From the IMG/VR virus record IMGVR_UViG_3300027278_000006, positions 62,001-126,000 of that record: a stretch of 64,000 bases of DNA; one strand, 5' to 3'. Within the stretch, counting starts at the first letter, position 1. Every line of letters begins with the position of its first letter. This DNA comes from an uncultured virus (IMG/VR IMGVR_UViG_3300027278_000006) (taxonomy: Duplodnaviria; Heunggongvirae; Uroviricota; Caudoviricetes). The notes under the pieces are model-generated. The model ran no database searches, was not told where the DNA came from, and saw only the letters and a program-made list of their open reading frames with translations. A program made the position numbers and the translations under genes. Positions 28,954 to 39,600 of the stretch are shown here, one piece after another.

Positions 28954-29376
28954 TTATTCTTTATTATTTAGAAAACCTTGCTTCAGTAATTTTGACAACT
29001 CCGAAGTAGATCCAACGAACACGGCATTATTTGTAACATTATTGGCAATTTTAGTATTATCCTCCTGAACATCTTTCAATTTCTTCTGAAGATCTATTAA
29101 TTTATCAGTTGTATCCGCCACACTCTTAATAAGTTGCCCCGCCACCTCGTATGCTCTTGGACTTCCACCATCACCGGCAAGTTCCATAATTCCATTAATG
29201 GCTTCCTGACCTTTCTCAATTAGTGAATATAGATTTGCTCTTGTATATTCATAATCTTTTTTTATATCATTATTCTGTGTAGGAATAATATCAATTGGTG
29301 TAATAGACTTTTCTACCTCAATAATACTACTTTCTATGTTCAGAGCTTTATCCAAATCTTCATAATTATTTTTCAT
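28954..29376 (-). CDS. gp16: Terminase small subunit
   Basis: DYEYTRANLYSLIEKG, PRAYEVAGQLIK, FVGSTSEL. Confidence 0.94.
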   Translation of the reverse strand: MKNNYEDLDKALNIESSIIEVEKSITPIDIIPTQNNDIKKDYEYTRANLYSLIEKGQEAINGIMELAGDGGSPRAYEVAGQLIKSVADTTDKLIDLQKKLKDVQEDNTKIANNVTNNAVFVGSTSELSKLLKQGFLNNKE

Positions 29377-29382
29377 AATATA

Positions 29383-30183
29383 TCAAATATCACTTTGTTG
29401 AGTTGGACTATAAGTTCTAGCATCACTATATGTTTCCCAAGTTTCATTAAATCCAAAATTATCATCCGGACCTGCGTCAATCGGGTCTGGAACAAGAGTA
29501 TATCTCATTTCTCTCTTAGCAGTTGTAGTATCGGTACTCGTATACATATCAACCTGAACCTTACGAATAAGACCATCTGTACTATCAGAAATTGGTCCGA
29601 ACAGATAAGTTTTAGCAGTAAAATTTAAAGTATATATTAGGGTTCTCCGAGTTGAATAATCTCCTTCATAATCATCGGTAAAAGATACACTATCTAAAAC
29701 CACGGGAATATCTCTTTTTTCTCCGATAGAATCTACCAAATCTACTGTTAGATTGAATGATGGTTGAAAACTTGGAAGAATCTGTTCTACTATCTGCAGA
29801 GCATCATCTTGCAACTTAGTCATAATATTTAATTGAAACCCAATATTATATGGAACTGGCATATAAACCTTCTTTACAGTATCACCATTACCACAAGTTT
29901 TGAATGTTTGAGTTACATTTGCCTTTCTTGTAGAATCATACTGAATAGAAGTCATTTCAAATGATATTCTGGGAAGAGTAATCTGAATTGGTTTGTTCAA
30001 TTCAGATTGTTGTTCAATTCTGGCCAGAAACTTTTGCATCGGTCCATATCCAAGAGGAACCTTCATCTGACTGATTCCTACATCAGATGAATTTTTATGC
30101 TCAATATAAATGTCATTAAAAAGAGTTCCAAATGCAGTAACAGTCTTTCTAATAATTTGGTGATAAAAATAGGTTCCTAGCAT
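29383..30183 (-). CDS. gp15: Tail sheath stabilizer / completion protein
   Basis: YFYHQIIRK, FGTLFNDI, LPRISFE, PVPYNI, QIVEQILP. Confidence 0.94.
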   Translation of the reverse strand: MLGTYFYHQIIRKTVTAFGTLFNDIYIEHKNSSDVGISQMKVPLGYGPMQKFLARIEQQSELNKPIQITLPRISFEMTSIQYDSTRKANVTQTFKTCGNGDTVKKVYMPVPYNIGFQLNIMTKLQDDALQIVEQILPSFQPSFNLTVDLVDSIGEKRDIPVVLDSVSFTDDYEGDYSTRRTLIYTLNFTAKTYLFGPISDSTDGLIRKVQVDMYTSTDTTTAKREMRYTLVPDPIDAGPDDNFGFNETWETYSDARTYSPTQQSDI

Positions 30184-30231
30184 TTTCTATACCCGATTAT
30201 CCAATCATTATCGTATTATATATTTATAGTA

Positions 30232-31623
30232 TCAATAAGAACCAAATGGATTTGATTCTGAAAAATCTAAAATAGATTCTGCTTCAGTCTGAATCTGCAA
30301 ATTATCTCCATATTTATCGTAAGGATTCCAATTATTATAATCGTTTACGGAATATCTAGCACTAGAAATTGATCCCACAATTGTTTCTCCTGGGAAAAAT
30401 CCATTAGGTGTTACATTATTGACAAAAGAAATCTTAAGAATTTTTGTATCAAAATCCCAAGATTTAACTCTTGCTGTTGTGCCAGACCTAGATCCGGTTA
30501 CAATTTCATTAAAGAGATAGGTCCCAATTCCAGTTAGAATTGGAGGTCCATTAATGATAACTTGAGGGGCAATAGTGTATCCTATTCCAGTATTTGCAAT
30601 TTTTATAGAAGATACACTCTGAGCAGTACCAACGACCGACGATATTACCGTTGCAGTTACTCCGGAACCAACACTTCCAACAATAGTCACAAGAGGTGCA
30701 GTCGAATACCCAACACCATTATCTGTAAGAGTTATAGATATGACCCCAGACTGTGAGGTTTCAATTCCACAAGTAGCTGCCGCTCCGCTTCCATTACCCG
30801 TAATTGTAATGATTGGAGCAGAAGTATAACCTGCCCCGGCATTTTTTAATACTATTTGTTTAATTGAATAAATACCGGATTTCAGTTCTGTAATTGCTTC
30901 TCCAACTGCATTTGTCCCCCCAAAAGGTGCCGAGGATATGCTTACTACTGGTGGAGAAGTATAACCATATCCATCATTATTCAATGTTATCTGCCTAATA
31001 TAACCACTTCCAATTCCTGCTGTTGCAGTAGCAGTTCTTCCAAGTCCAATCAAATTTAGTGTGGTTATATATCCTTCATCTTCAATTTGAGTATCAATTT
31101 CATCGATAGATGTATCAATAACTTCATCCCCATATTCGAATAGTTCACATTTTAGTTCGTAAACATATAATTTACCTAACTGGTAAAATGGTTGCTCGTG
31201 CTCTACAAATTTAACTTCAAATAGTCTTTGACCTAGTGGGAAGTATATTAAATCTCCTTCTCTGGGTCTTGAAGATAAAACAATTTCTTCATCGTTATCA
31301 CCCTCAAGAAAAGGTGCAATAAAGTCTTCGTATCTTTCCTTGGATATGATTAGACTCAAATCATCCTTCAAACTCATTCCAAACTTGGTAAGAATATCTC
31401 CCTGTCCACTATATCCTTCATAATTGCTTATGTATGCTTCTAGTGCAAAATTATCATCGAATTTGGATGAAGAAACCTCTCTAAGTATAGTTTCTCTTCT
31501 CACAAATTTTCTAGGAATATAAATTACTTCTACACCATAAATTCTCAACTGCTCGTTGATTAATTCCTGAACAAGTCTTTGCTCATTTGGTGAACCTTGA
31601 AGAAAAAAGGGATTTAGTGCCAT
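30232..31623 (-). CDS. gp14: Neck protein with inserted GxGYT..P repeats
   Basis: RPREGDLIYFP, FEVKFVEH, FYQLGKLYVYELKCELF, DFSESNPFG. Confidence 0.92.
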   Translation of the reverse strand: MALNPFFLQGSPNEQRLVQELINEQLRIYGVEVIYIPRKFVRRETILREVSSSKFDDNFALEAYISNYEGYSGQGDILTKFGMSLKDDLSLIISKERYEDFIAPFLEGDNDEEIVLSSRPREGDLIYFPLGQRLFEVKFVEHEQPFYQLGKLYVYELKCELFEYGDEVIDTSIDEIDTQIEDEGYITTLNLIGLGRTATATAGIGSGYIRQITLNNDGYGYTSPPVVSISSAPFGGTNAVGEAITELKSGIYSIKQIVLKNAGAGYTSAPIITITGNGSGAAATCGIETSQSGVISITLTDNGVGYSTAPLVTIVGSVGSGVTATVISSVVGTAQSVSSIKIANTGIGYTIAPQVIINGPPILTGIGTYLFNEIVTGSRSGTTARVKSWDFDTKILKISFVNNVTPNGFFPGETIVGSISSARYSVNDYNNWNPYDKYGDNLQIQTEAESILDFSESNPFGSY

Positions 31624-31625
31624 TA

Positions 31626-32471
31626 TTATCCAATAAAATCGTAAGGTGGAAGTTCATATTCAAGTACCATTCTTTGTTTTATATCTTCCAACTCTCTTTC
31701 AGCATCTTCATAAAGTTCTCTACCATTCAGTTCAATTCCACCCGGTAATTTAACTCCTCTGAATTTAATTAGGTTCTGACCCCACTGTTTTTTCATAAGT
31801 GAAGTTAGATATTTCTTTAAAAAACTGTCATTGTAAACGTCAGTAAAAGTATTTGGATCTAAAATTCTGTAACAATCAATTATTAGGAAAGTTCCAACTT
31901 GTTGAGATCCCCAGTCAATATCGAGATACATTCTATTCTGTCTTTTATTAAATCTTATCTGCTTATCAGTACTCAAAAGAAAATCAATATCCTCAAGGTA
32001 ACTTTTTACCATCGAATATTGTAATAAATCAATTGAATTGAAATAGTATAAATCATTTAAGAATAGTTGATATTTAATGCTAAACATACCTCTAGAGATA
32101 GAACTAGCATCAAATTTAAAAACTTTTTCTATTCCAATTACAGAATCCGGAACCTGAATAAAATTGGATGTTTCATAAAAGTTGGAAGTAATTGTTCCAA
32201 GACCTGATATATTTGTTGATGTTCCTGTTGTAGTTACTAATCCAACTCCACTTCCTTTTGATGCGGTTCCTCTATTAATATCATCTTGAGTAAATTGATA
32301 TTTCAAATACATTCTTTCTACGCCATCAAAGTGCCTCTCCTGGAAGTACTGTAGGGCATCATCTACTAAATCATCTATTTGGTCGTCGGCAAGGTTAATC
32401 TCCAGTACAGGGGCACCTAGGCGTCTTAGGCAATAGTCTACGAGTTCTTGTCTACTTGCTGGTTTAGACAC
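31626..32471 (-). CDS. gp13: Neck protein
   Basis: YCLRRLGAPVLEIN, KKQWGQNLIKFRGVKLPGGIELNG. Confidence 0.95.
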   Translation of the reverse strand: MSKPASRQELVDYCLRRLGAPVLEINLADDQIDDLVDDALQYFQERHFDGVERMYLKYQFTQDDINRGTASKGSGVGLVTTTGTSTNISGLGTITSNFYETSNFIQVPDSVIGIEKVFKFDASSISRGMFSIKYQLFLNDLYYFNSIDLLQYSMVKSYLEDIDFLLSTDKQIRFNKRQNRMYLDIDWGSQQVGTFLIIDCYRILDPNTFTDVYNDSFLKKYLTSLMKKQWGQNLIKFRGVKLPGGIELNGRELYEDAERELEDIKQRMVLEYELPPYDFIG

Positions 32472-32935
32472 TAATAGGTTCCTCCATCTATAACACTGGA
32501 CCAGGTTGGTATTCCTGAATTGTCAGTTGTAAGTATATAGTTAGTTTCTGATATTGCCGATGAAGTAGTTCCGGTAGAAACTAATCGGTCATTAGGATCA
32601 AAATATGCAACACCATAAGGTTGTCCTAACGGATAATAAATTGATTGACCTACTGTAAGGATTCCGGTAATATTTGCATTCCGAGCAGTAAATTCATCAA
32701 ATAATAAATCATCTCTAACATAAAGATCGCCATTAATATATACATCATTATTAAAGGTACTTACACCTACGAAAGTAGAGATACCGGAAACGTGGAGAGA
32801 AGTTACGGAAGCAATTCCACCAATAACATTTTCGGCAGTAATAGCAGTAATGGCAGATCCGCCAGCAGCTCCAGAAATACTAGATATAACTTTAACTGCA
32901 TTTTGTTGTCCTACTCTTACTTTGATGTCAGACAT
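32471..32935 (-). CDS. Short fibre-like virion protein
   Basis: SLHVSGISTFVGVSTF, PTWSSVIDGGTY; motifs of cyanophage tail-fibre-like proteins. Confidence 0.65.
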   Translation of the reverse strand: MSDIKVRVGQQNAVKVISSISGAAGGSAITAITAENVIGGIASVTSLHVSGISTFVGVSTFNNDVYINGDLYVRDDLLFDEFTARNANITGILTVGQSIYYPLGQPYGVAYFDPNDRLVSTGTTSSAISETNYILTTDNSGIPTWSSVIDGGTY

Positions 32936-33279
32936 TACCTAGTTGCTCCCTCTCTTACAAGAACCATTCCCTCAATAACTCTATTTTTTATCCCATATGG
33001 ATCGATAATTAAAATATCATAAATATATCTTCCCGATTTTAAATCTACAGTTTGTCCAGATGTTAATCCTATAGATATTTTCCCTGAGGTAGAAGGTGCG
33101 ATTATACTTGTCGAAAAATTTATTGCCGAAGAACTCCCAGACCACTTTCTCATCTGGGCATCAACTTCATAATTGTTCAAATTTAATGGAGAATTGCTAT
33201 CAGATCCTTCTAAAGTAAAAGTCTGACTAAAATGGGAACCAGAATTGATGACTAGATTATTTACGTATACTGCTGCCAT
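32935..33279 (-). CDS. Small virion protein (BppU/Ig-like N-terminal type)
   Basis: NLVINSGSHFSQTF, GRYIYDILI, RVIEGMVLVREG; TATAAATA at 33303-33310. Confidence 0.65.
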   Translation of the reverse strand: MAAVYVNNLVINSGSHFSQTFTLEGSDSNSPLNLNNYEVDAQMRKWSGSSSAINFSTSIIAPSTSGKISIGLTSGQTVDLKSGRYIYDILIIDPYGIKNRVIEGMVLVREGATR

Positions 33280-33305
33280 CTATCTTTTTTAGATCTACAA
33301 TTTAT

Positions 33306-33476
33306 TTATATCTTACTCATAGTTGCTAAAGTTTCTTGCTGTTTTAAATATAATTTGCAGTAAAGTTTTGAGAAATTTTTCAATTGTTCAGAACTCAATT
33401 CATCAATAATTCTACAGTGTTTTTCATATTCGAATAACTTATTGACTGACTGCAATTTAATTTCATTTGGATCCAT
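33306..33476 (-). CDS. 56-aa NblA-like small helical protein (candidate phycobilisome degradation adaptor)
   Basis: Manual translation MDPNEIKLQSVNKLFEYEKHCRIIDELSSEQLKNFSKLYCKLYLKQQETLATMSKI; AGGAG RBS upstream. Confidence 0.5.
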   Translation of the reverse strand: MDPNEIKLQSVNKLFEYEKHCRIIDELSSEQLKNFSKLYCKLYLKQQETLATMSKI

Positions 33477-33663
33477 TTAATAACTCCTTTAATAGTGATT
33501 TAATTTCATTAATATCTTGTTTAATCGTATCTAATTCTTTTTTTTGAGATTCTTTATTATTAATTATATTAAGATATTGATTATATGCCGTAGAATCGCA
33601 ATTTACAATAGCTCCACTATTTTCATCTCTATAAAGATTTGTATGCCCCTTCACCCTAATCAT
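33463..33663 (-). CDS. Small coiled-coil hypothetical protein
   Basis: VKGHTNLYRDENSGAIVN..., C-terminal heptads; overlaps both neighbours. Confidence 0.7.
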   Translation of the reverse strand: MIRVKGHTNLYRDENSGAIVNCDSTAYNQYLNIINNKESQKKELDTIKQDINEIKSLLKELLNGSK

Positions 33664-36600
33664 CTTACGGCAATCGTCCTAAGTTCTTTTATTCTTGGTG
33701 GATATGCCTGATTAGTTCCAGACATTACGATTTTGATTACATATCCATTAAATAATCCAAGATTATCTGCAGTAAATTCATATTCTTTAAATTGATTGTC
33801 TAAACTAGAACTTACAAAAGAATCGGGTTTTCCATTATTGAGAGAAGAATCAACTACCGAAAGTCCGGATGCCGTAGACTTAAGATTATCATAACCGGGG
33901 AATAGTTCAAATGATTGTTCAACTTCGGAAGAGTCCGGCCTAAACAGACTATACAAAACTCTAAAATCGGCAGATTCATGACGATATGCAGATAAAATAA
34001 CTTTAAGAGAAGTTGCTGGTTGCACCAAATTTACTGATCTTGAAACATACACTACTGCGTGTGGATCATCCAATATAGAATTAGATCTACCATCAGATGC
34101 ATAATCAGAAACTGGACTGTTCAAACGATTGGAAATAAACTCAGTAAATGCAGTATCTAAGAATATTATGGGTGATAAATTAGAATCTGTTGTACTTAAA
34201 GTTATTCCTGTAGTAAATGATTTATTTCTTGGTAAATTATTAAGATATTCAGTTTCATTTTCTTTAGAACATACAAGTCTCATAGATTTTAACGTATTTA
34301 ATGAATTCAACTGAATTGGTTCAAATCCATTATCTAAGAATGAAATCTCACTTCCACTTGCGCTTGTTCCAGAAACAGATCTAATCACAGCCGAAACCGA
34401 TGTGGAAGATCCTGGAGTAATGATGTCGTATGTTGGTACTACAGAGCTGTAAAGGATATTTTCTGTAGCCAGAACTTTAGAACCTCCTAAAGTTGCTTCT
34501 GAGGTAAATTGCAGTTGTGGCGCATTTGCGGCATTTGCACCGATAAATCCATCAGTACTTCTATTTTCTCCATTTGCGGTTCTATCAATTTGGAGATAAT
34601 ATCCATCTAGTCCGATATCTAAATCATCGATGTCATGAGTTTTATTAATTCTTCTTAAAGAAACACCATTCAGTTCGTACTTGTATATTAAAGTATTGAT
34701 ATTATAATCAATTGGAATGGTAGAATCAATACCCCTAGTAATAGTACCTAAGAATCCACTACCAATAGACTGATATTTAATTATTTCATTTCCAATTTTT
34801 ACATATCCAGGATTAGATCCACTTACAGAAACTCCTTCAAAAGTTCCAAAGTTTGAAGTATCTCCGATAGCAATTGTTGTTGACGTTGAAGTTATTGGTG
34901 AAGTAATTACAACTGGTGCGGTACTAGATTCTGTATTATAAATTCTAAGTTTATTTGTATTTCCATACATTCCGTGGTCAAAATGTTCTACTCTTATGAA
35001 ATTTCCAGAATATTGATCAGTTGAAGGTGCAGAATTTCTAATTGTAGTACTTGCAAGAGAAACTATTGTATTGGAATTATTATAGTAACTTAGTCCGGCA
35101 CCAACTGTAAAAGTATTACCCTGAACTCCGGAAAGGTATAAAGTATCAATACTATTATTGTTTCCAGTTACTGTAATTTTTGCATCACGCCCACGCACGG
35201 AAGTTCCGGTGCCTACTGTAGAAGTTACAATACCAACAACATCCCCTACCGCATATCCATTTCCGGGATTTACAATTATTGGGGTTCCGGAAATTGTTCC
35301 CGAAGTTGCTGTAATACTTAAAACAAGTCCAGAACCATTTCCAGTAATATTATAAGTGCTTACATTAGAATCTGTAACATAATTACTTCCTCCCGTAGTT
35401 AATCCTACTGTTGCTACCGAACTTCCTGTTCCAACTACATATCCATAGACATAAGGTTGTGATCCAGCAACCTTTCTACCTTTGGATAAATCAGAAATCA
35501 ATGATGCATTGGTTATTGTAGTAATTCCAAGAGTAAGTGTTTTTGGTAATGTTGTTAGCGGATTGTTTCCTAATCTCTGAACATATCCATTACTTTCATC
35601 TAATGTTGGATTATAGAAAAATGCAGTTCCTGGTTGATTTTCAATAAATTGTGCTTTATAAAGTTTAAATTTGAGGTCCTGATATTGATTTGCTGTCCAT
35701 ATAGATCCGTTTTGAGATTTGAACAGACTTCCCATCGCAAATTGCTTTGAGTAGGTTACGGCATTTACATCTGGGAGATTTTTGGTATTGACAGTTTTTT
35801 CACCCATAACTGCAGTCCACATCTCATACTGATCACTATTTTCTGAAATAATTACGACAGCATACTCTCTTCCTGGTGGTAGGTAAATTGGTTCATCAAA
35901 AGTAACCTTAGTTGCAACTGAAGCATCTGAAGAAATATTTACTTCACTTGGTCTTAATGTAACCGAATTTCCAATAACAATCCTTGTGGGTGTTCCCAGT
36001 TCTACAGTTCTTATTTCAACCTTTACTGTAGCATTTCCACTATCTTTTTTGGCAAAGAATAAATCAACGGCAGTTAAAAAGGCACCATTAGAATCATCAG
36101 TTGCCAATCCTTCTCTAGAAGAATCTGGAGCCTCTATATTTCCACCAACAACAAAAGATTGTGCAAGAGGGTCTACGAATCTCTGGATAGTTGTTCTAGT
36201 ATGAGTGTTTATTGTTGTAACTGATTGTGTTGTATTTGTTGTTAAGTTAGTTACTGTTTTTGTCGTTAGATTTTTCGTAGTTGCCGTAACAGTATTTTCC
36301 CACTGTTCAAGAGTACCATCAGAATTAAAATTTGTTTCAGCAACTGAAGTGTCCGAACTTCCTGGAAGACCTGGATCGTTTGTTGAACTTGAACTCAACT
36401 TAAATGTTTTAGTTCCAGTAGAAATTCTTACAGTTGGAGTTGGGACTGTATTTGGATCTCTTAAAAAGAACGTTCCAATCAAATCTCCAAAATTATCAGA
36501 AATAAGTCTTAAGTCACTTACGGTTGCCACAGATCCACTAGTCTGACCAACCAATTGCATACCTCTAAGTAAATATCCAGAATACTTTCCTTGAGCTTCT

Positions 36601-39600
36601 TCTGATAGTGAAACCGTATCAACATTCAAAACTTTTGATGATTGACTATATCCTGATGCTATAGATTCAGTTCTAATATATGGGTTAATTGTATAAGTAG
36701 TAGATGGTGCATTATATGGACCATATTTGTGATTTGGTGCTGCAACTCTAAATGAAATTAAATTATTACCCCCAGATGTTCCAATAACAGTTTCTCCAAC
36801 TACAAACGCTTTAGATGGGTTTGATATTTCGATTAATTTTGGAATAAAATCAACTCCACTATTTCCGTCAAGGAACTGATAAAATTGTGTAGATGGTTTG
36901 ATATTAGATACAGAAAATTGAATATTTCTGGATCTCATAAATGATTCGCTAGATGAAGATATTAATACATTTCTTATTGTCGTATCAGTATTACTTACCG
37001 TATCAAAGTTTTCAGTTGTTGCAGTATTGGAAGTAGTATTTGTAGCAGTTGATGAAGTTTGAGTTTGGTCACTACCAACAGTTGTAGTAAAATTACCTTC
37101 CCCAAAAATATCAGGAAGATTAACTGTGTCACTTGTTTGAGTATTAATTGGTGTCAGAGTAACGGAAACATTACTTGTTAAATTATTAGTAAGAGTTCTG
37201 CTAGAGTTTAATGTTATGCTAATATTTTTATCTGGAAGTTGAATTGTTCTCACCCAGTTGTCAATTTCTGGACTTAATTTAATATCACCACTATAAACAA
37301 TTACATTAAATGGATTTACATTTTCAACTGTCGTTGCAAAAGCTTGTTCTATCCATCCAATAGATTCGTACTTTAAAGTTACTGCTTTTCCTGTTTTTAC
37401 TACATTTGGATCTAGTAACTTAAAATTTTCTGAAAAATCTAAATTTTCATCAGTAATTGCAGACTCTGGTGCAATTTGCGATTTTAGTGAATTTCTACTA
37501 ATAACAGGTGTTATTTCATTTGTAGATGTATTAACTCTAATGGAAGATAATCCCCTGTTAATAAAAGAATAATTTTTAAAATCATCTACAAAAAATCCAC
37601 TCTTAAATCTATTATTACCATCAGCATCTTGAATCTGCAAAGTCTGAGTATTTACTTCTAGTAAAGACAGTGAAGTAACCCTCTCTAAGTTTTCTACCCT
37701 ATCTTCAATTAGTCCAATATCTCTCATAGTATATCTTCTATTGTCCTTCAAGGTCACCACAGCATTTGCAGGATTGTAAAGATATGGTGGAAGTTTTATG
37801 GTTGCAATTTCCATTACAGCATCATTTTTATCCGGTGCCTTAGGGGTATTTGAGGATATTCCTTTTTCTAGGATGAAATTTTTATTTCTATCAAGATATA
37901 GTTTGTCAATTCTAGCTAAGTAATAATCATAACCAAGCAATGAACTTTCATTTGGTGATAAAATTCGTGTTGGACTTAAAGTTCTTGATGCAAAATCAAA
38001 TGGAGAAGAACTATCTGAGGTAAAAATAGAAACTCTTGGCCTAAAATCTAAAGTATCTGAAGATCTTACAGATCTTGGTCCAATGAAAGGGACATCATGT
38101 GTAAATCGTTCTTTATCATAACTTAATACAGTAAATACATCACCACCATCATTAGAAGGAACTGAATAATAATCAAACACAACTAAAAGTTGTTTTGATG
38201 GTTCTGTAGTTCCCTTATTCCGGACGATTCTGGAATAATCATAATATTGATCTTTTTGCCCTTTGTCAAGTCTATATGAATTTGTAATATCTTTATACTT
38301 TCCAGGAGTTATTGCTTCAATTTCTGTGGTTATGTTTGATTCCTCAAACGTAACTGTTTCAGAATCTGTAAATCTTTCTGAATTTAAGTATACTACTCCA
38401 AGGATGTTGGTAGATGGACTTGAAACGACTCTTGCGACAGCTTTACTATTGTTTCCTATAATATTTTCACCAATAATAGCATTAGTTGATACATTAGCAC
38501 TAGCACCAAATTGTATCCTATCTAAAGTAGGTGCAGAAGAATCGAATGACTCGTAAACTGAAATAATTTTTACTACATCTGGGTAATTTAGTGATATTTC
38601 CTCATCTTGAACTCTCAGTCCATAAAATTGATTATAAGTAAGACCGTCTCCAATTGAAGAACTAATACCAGTTCCTGATTGTGGATACTTTGATCTTGTT
38701 ACATTTAAAGGTTGACTTCTATTATATGTTTTTACTTTGCTTTGTATTCCATTTTTAACTAGTGTAGTATTTACAACAACATTTGATTGTGAAGCAGACA
38801 ATCCACTAATAGTTACCGTATTTCCGCTCAAAACAAATTGATCTGAAGTTATCGTACCAATACCACCTCCACTATAGTGTATTGAATATCTTTCCTGATC
38901 AAATGACTCAAAAAATACACTAGAAATTCCACTAATTGCTGAAGTATTGAATTCCAATACTCCACTACCATTTGTGCCTTGTCCGGTTATTTGTTCGGAA
39001 ATTGTTAATGATGAATCTGAAAGATTTACTGAAGAAACATTAGGATCTGGTAATTGTGCATATAGGAACCCAGAATTCTCATTTCTTATGACCGGAGCAC
39101 CCATAAGTATGTTACTGTAAGTTCCATTTGCAACGGCACCGTCAAATACTCCAGAAACTGTGGTGATACCAGCAATTGTTAATGATGTACCAGAAGAAGG
39201 AACTGCAGTTACCCGATTAAATGATTCATCTCCAGTTGTAGTTTGATACCTAATAATTGATCCTACTTTTACACCAGTGAAGAATTTTCCTGGGCTTACT
39301 AAGGTGTTTCCACCACTAATTGTTCCCTGAGAAACACCATTAGGTAATCTAAATCTTTCAAGAAAACAATTTGCAGTAAAATTTGTTGAAAGTCCGGATA
39401 CGGTGGTTGTTTGTTTTACTGATTTAATGTCTTCTGTGGAATATGCAGTTACTGTTCTAATAGTTCTTGGAAAATCAATCCCATTGATAATTAACTGCTC
39501 TCCAACTGAAAATGTTCCGGAAGTTTGTCTTAAGTTAATAGTAGATGATGCTCCACCAGCAGAAACTGCAAAACCACTAGCGCCGCTACTTTTTCCTTTT

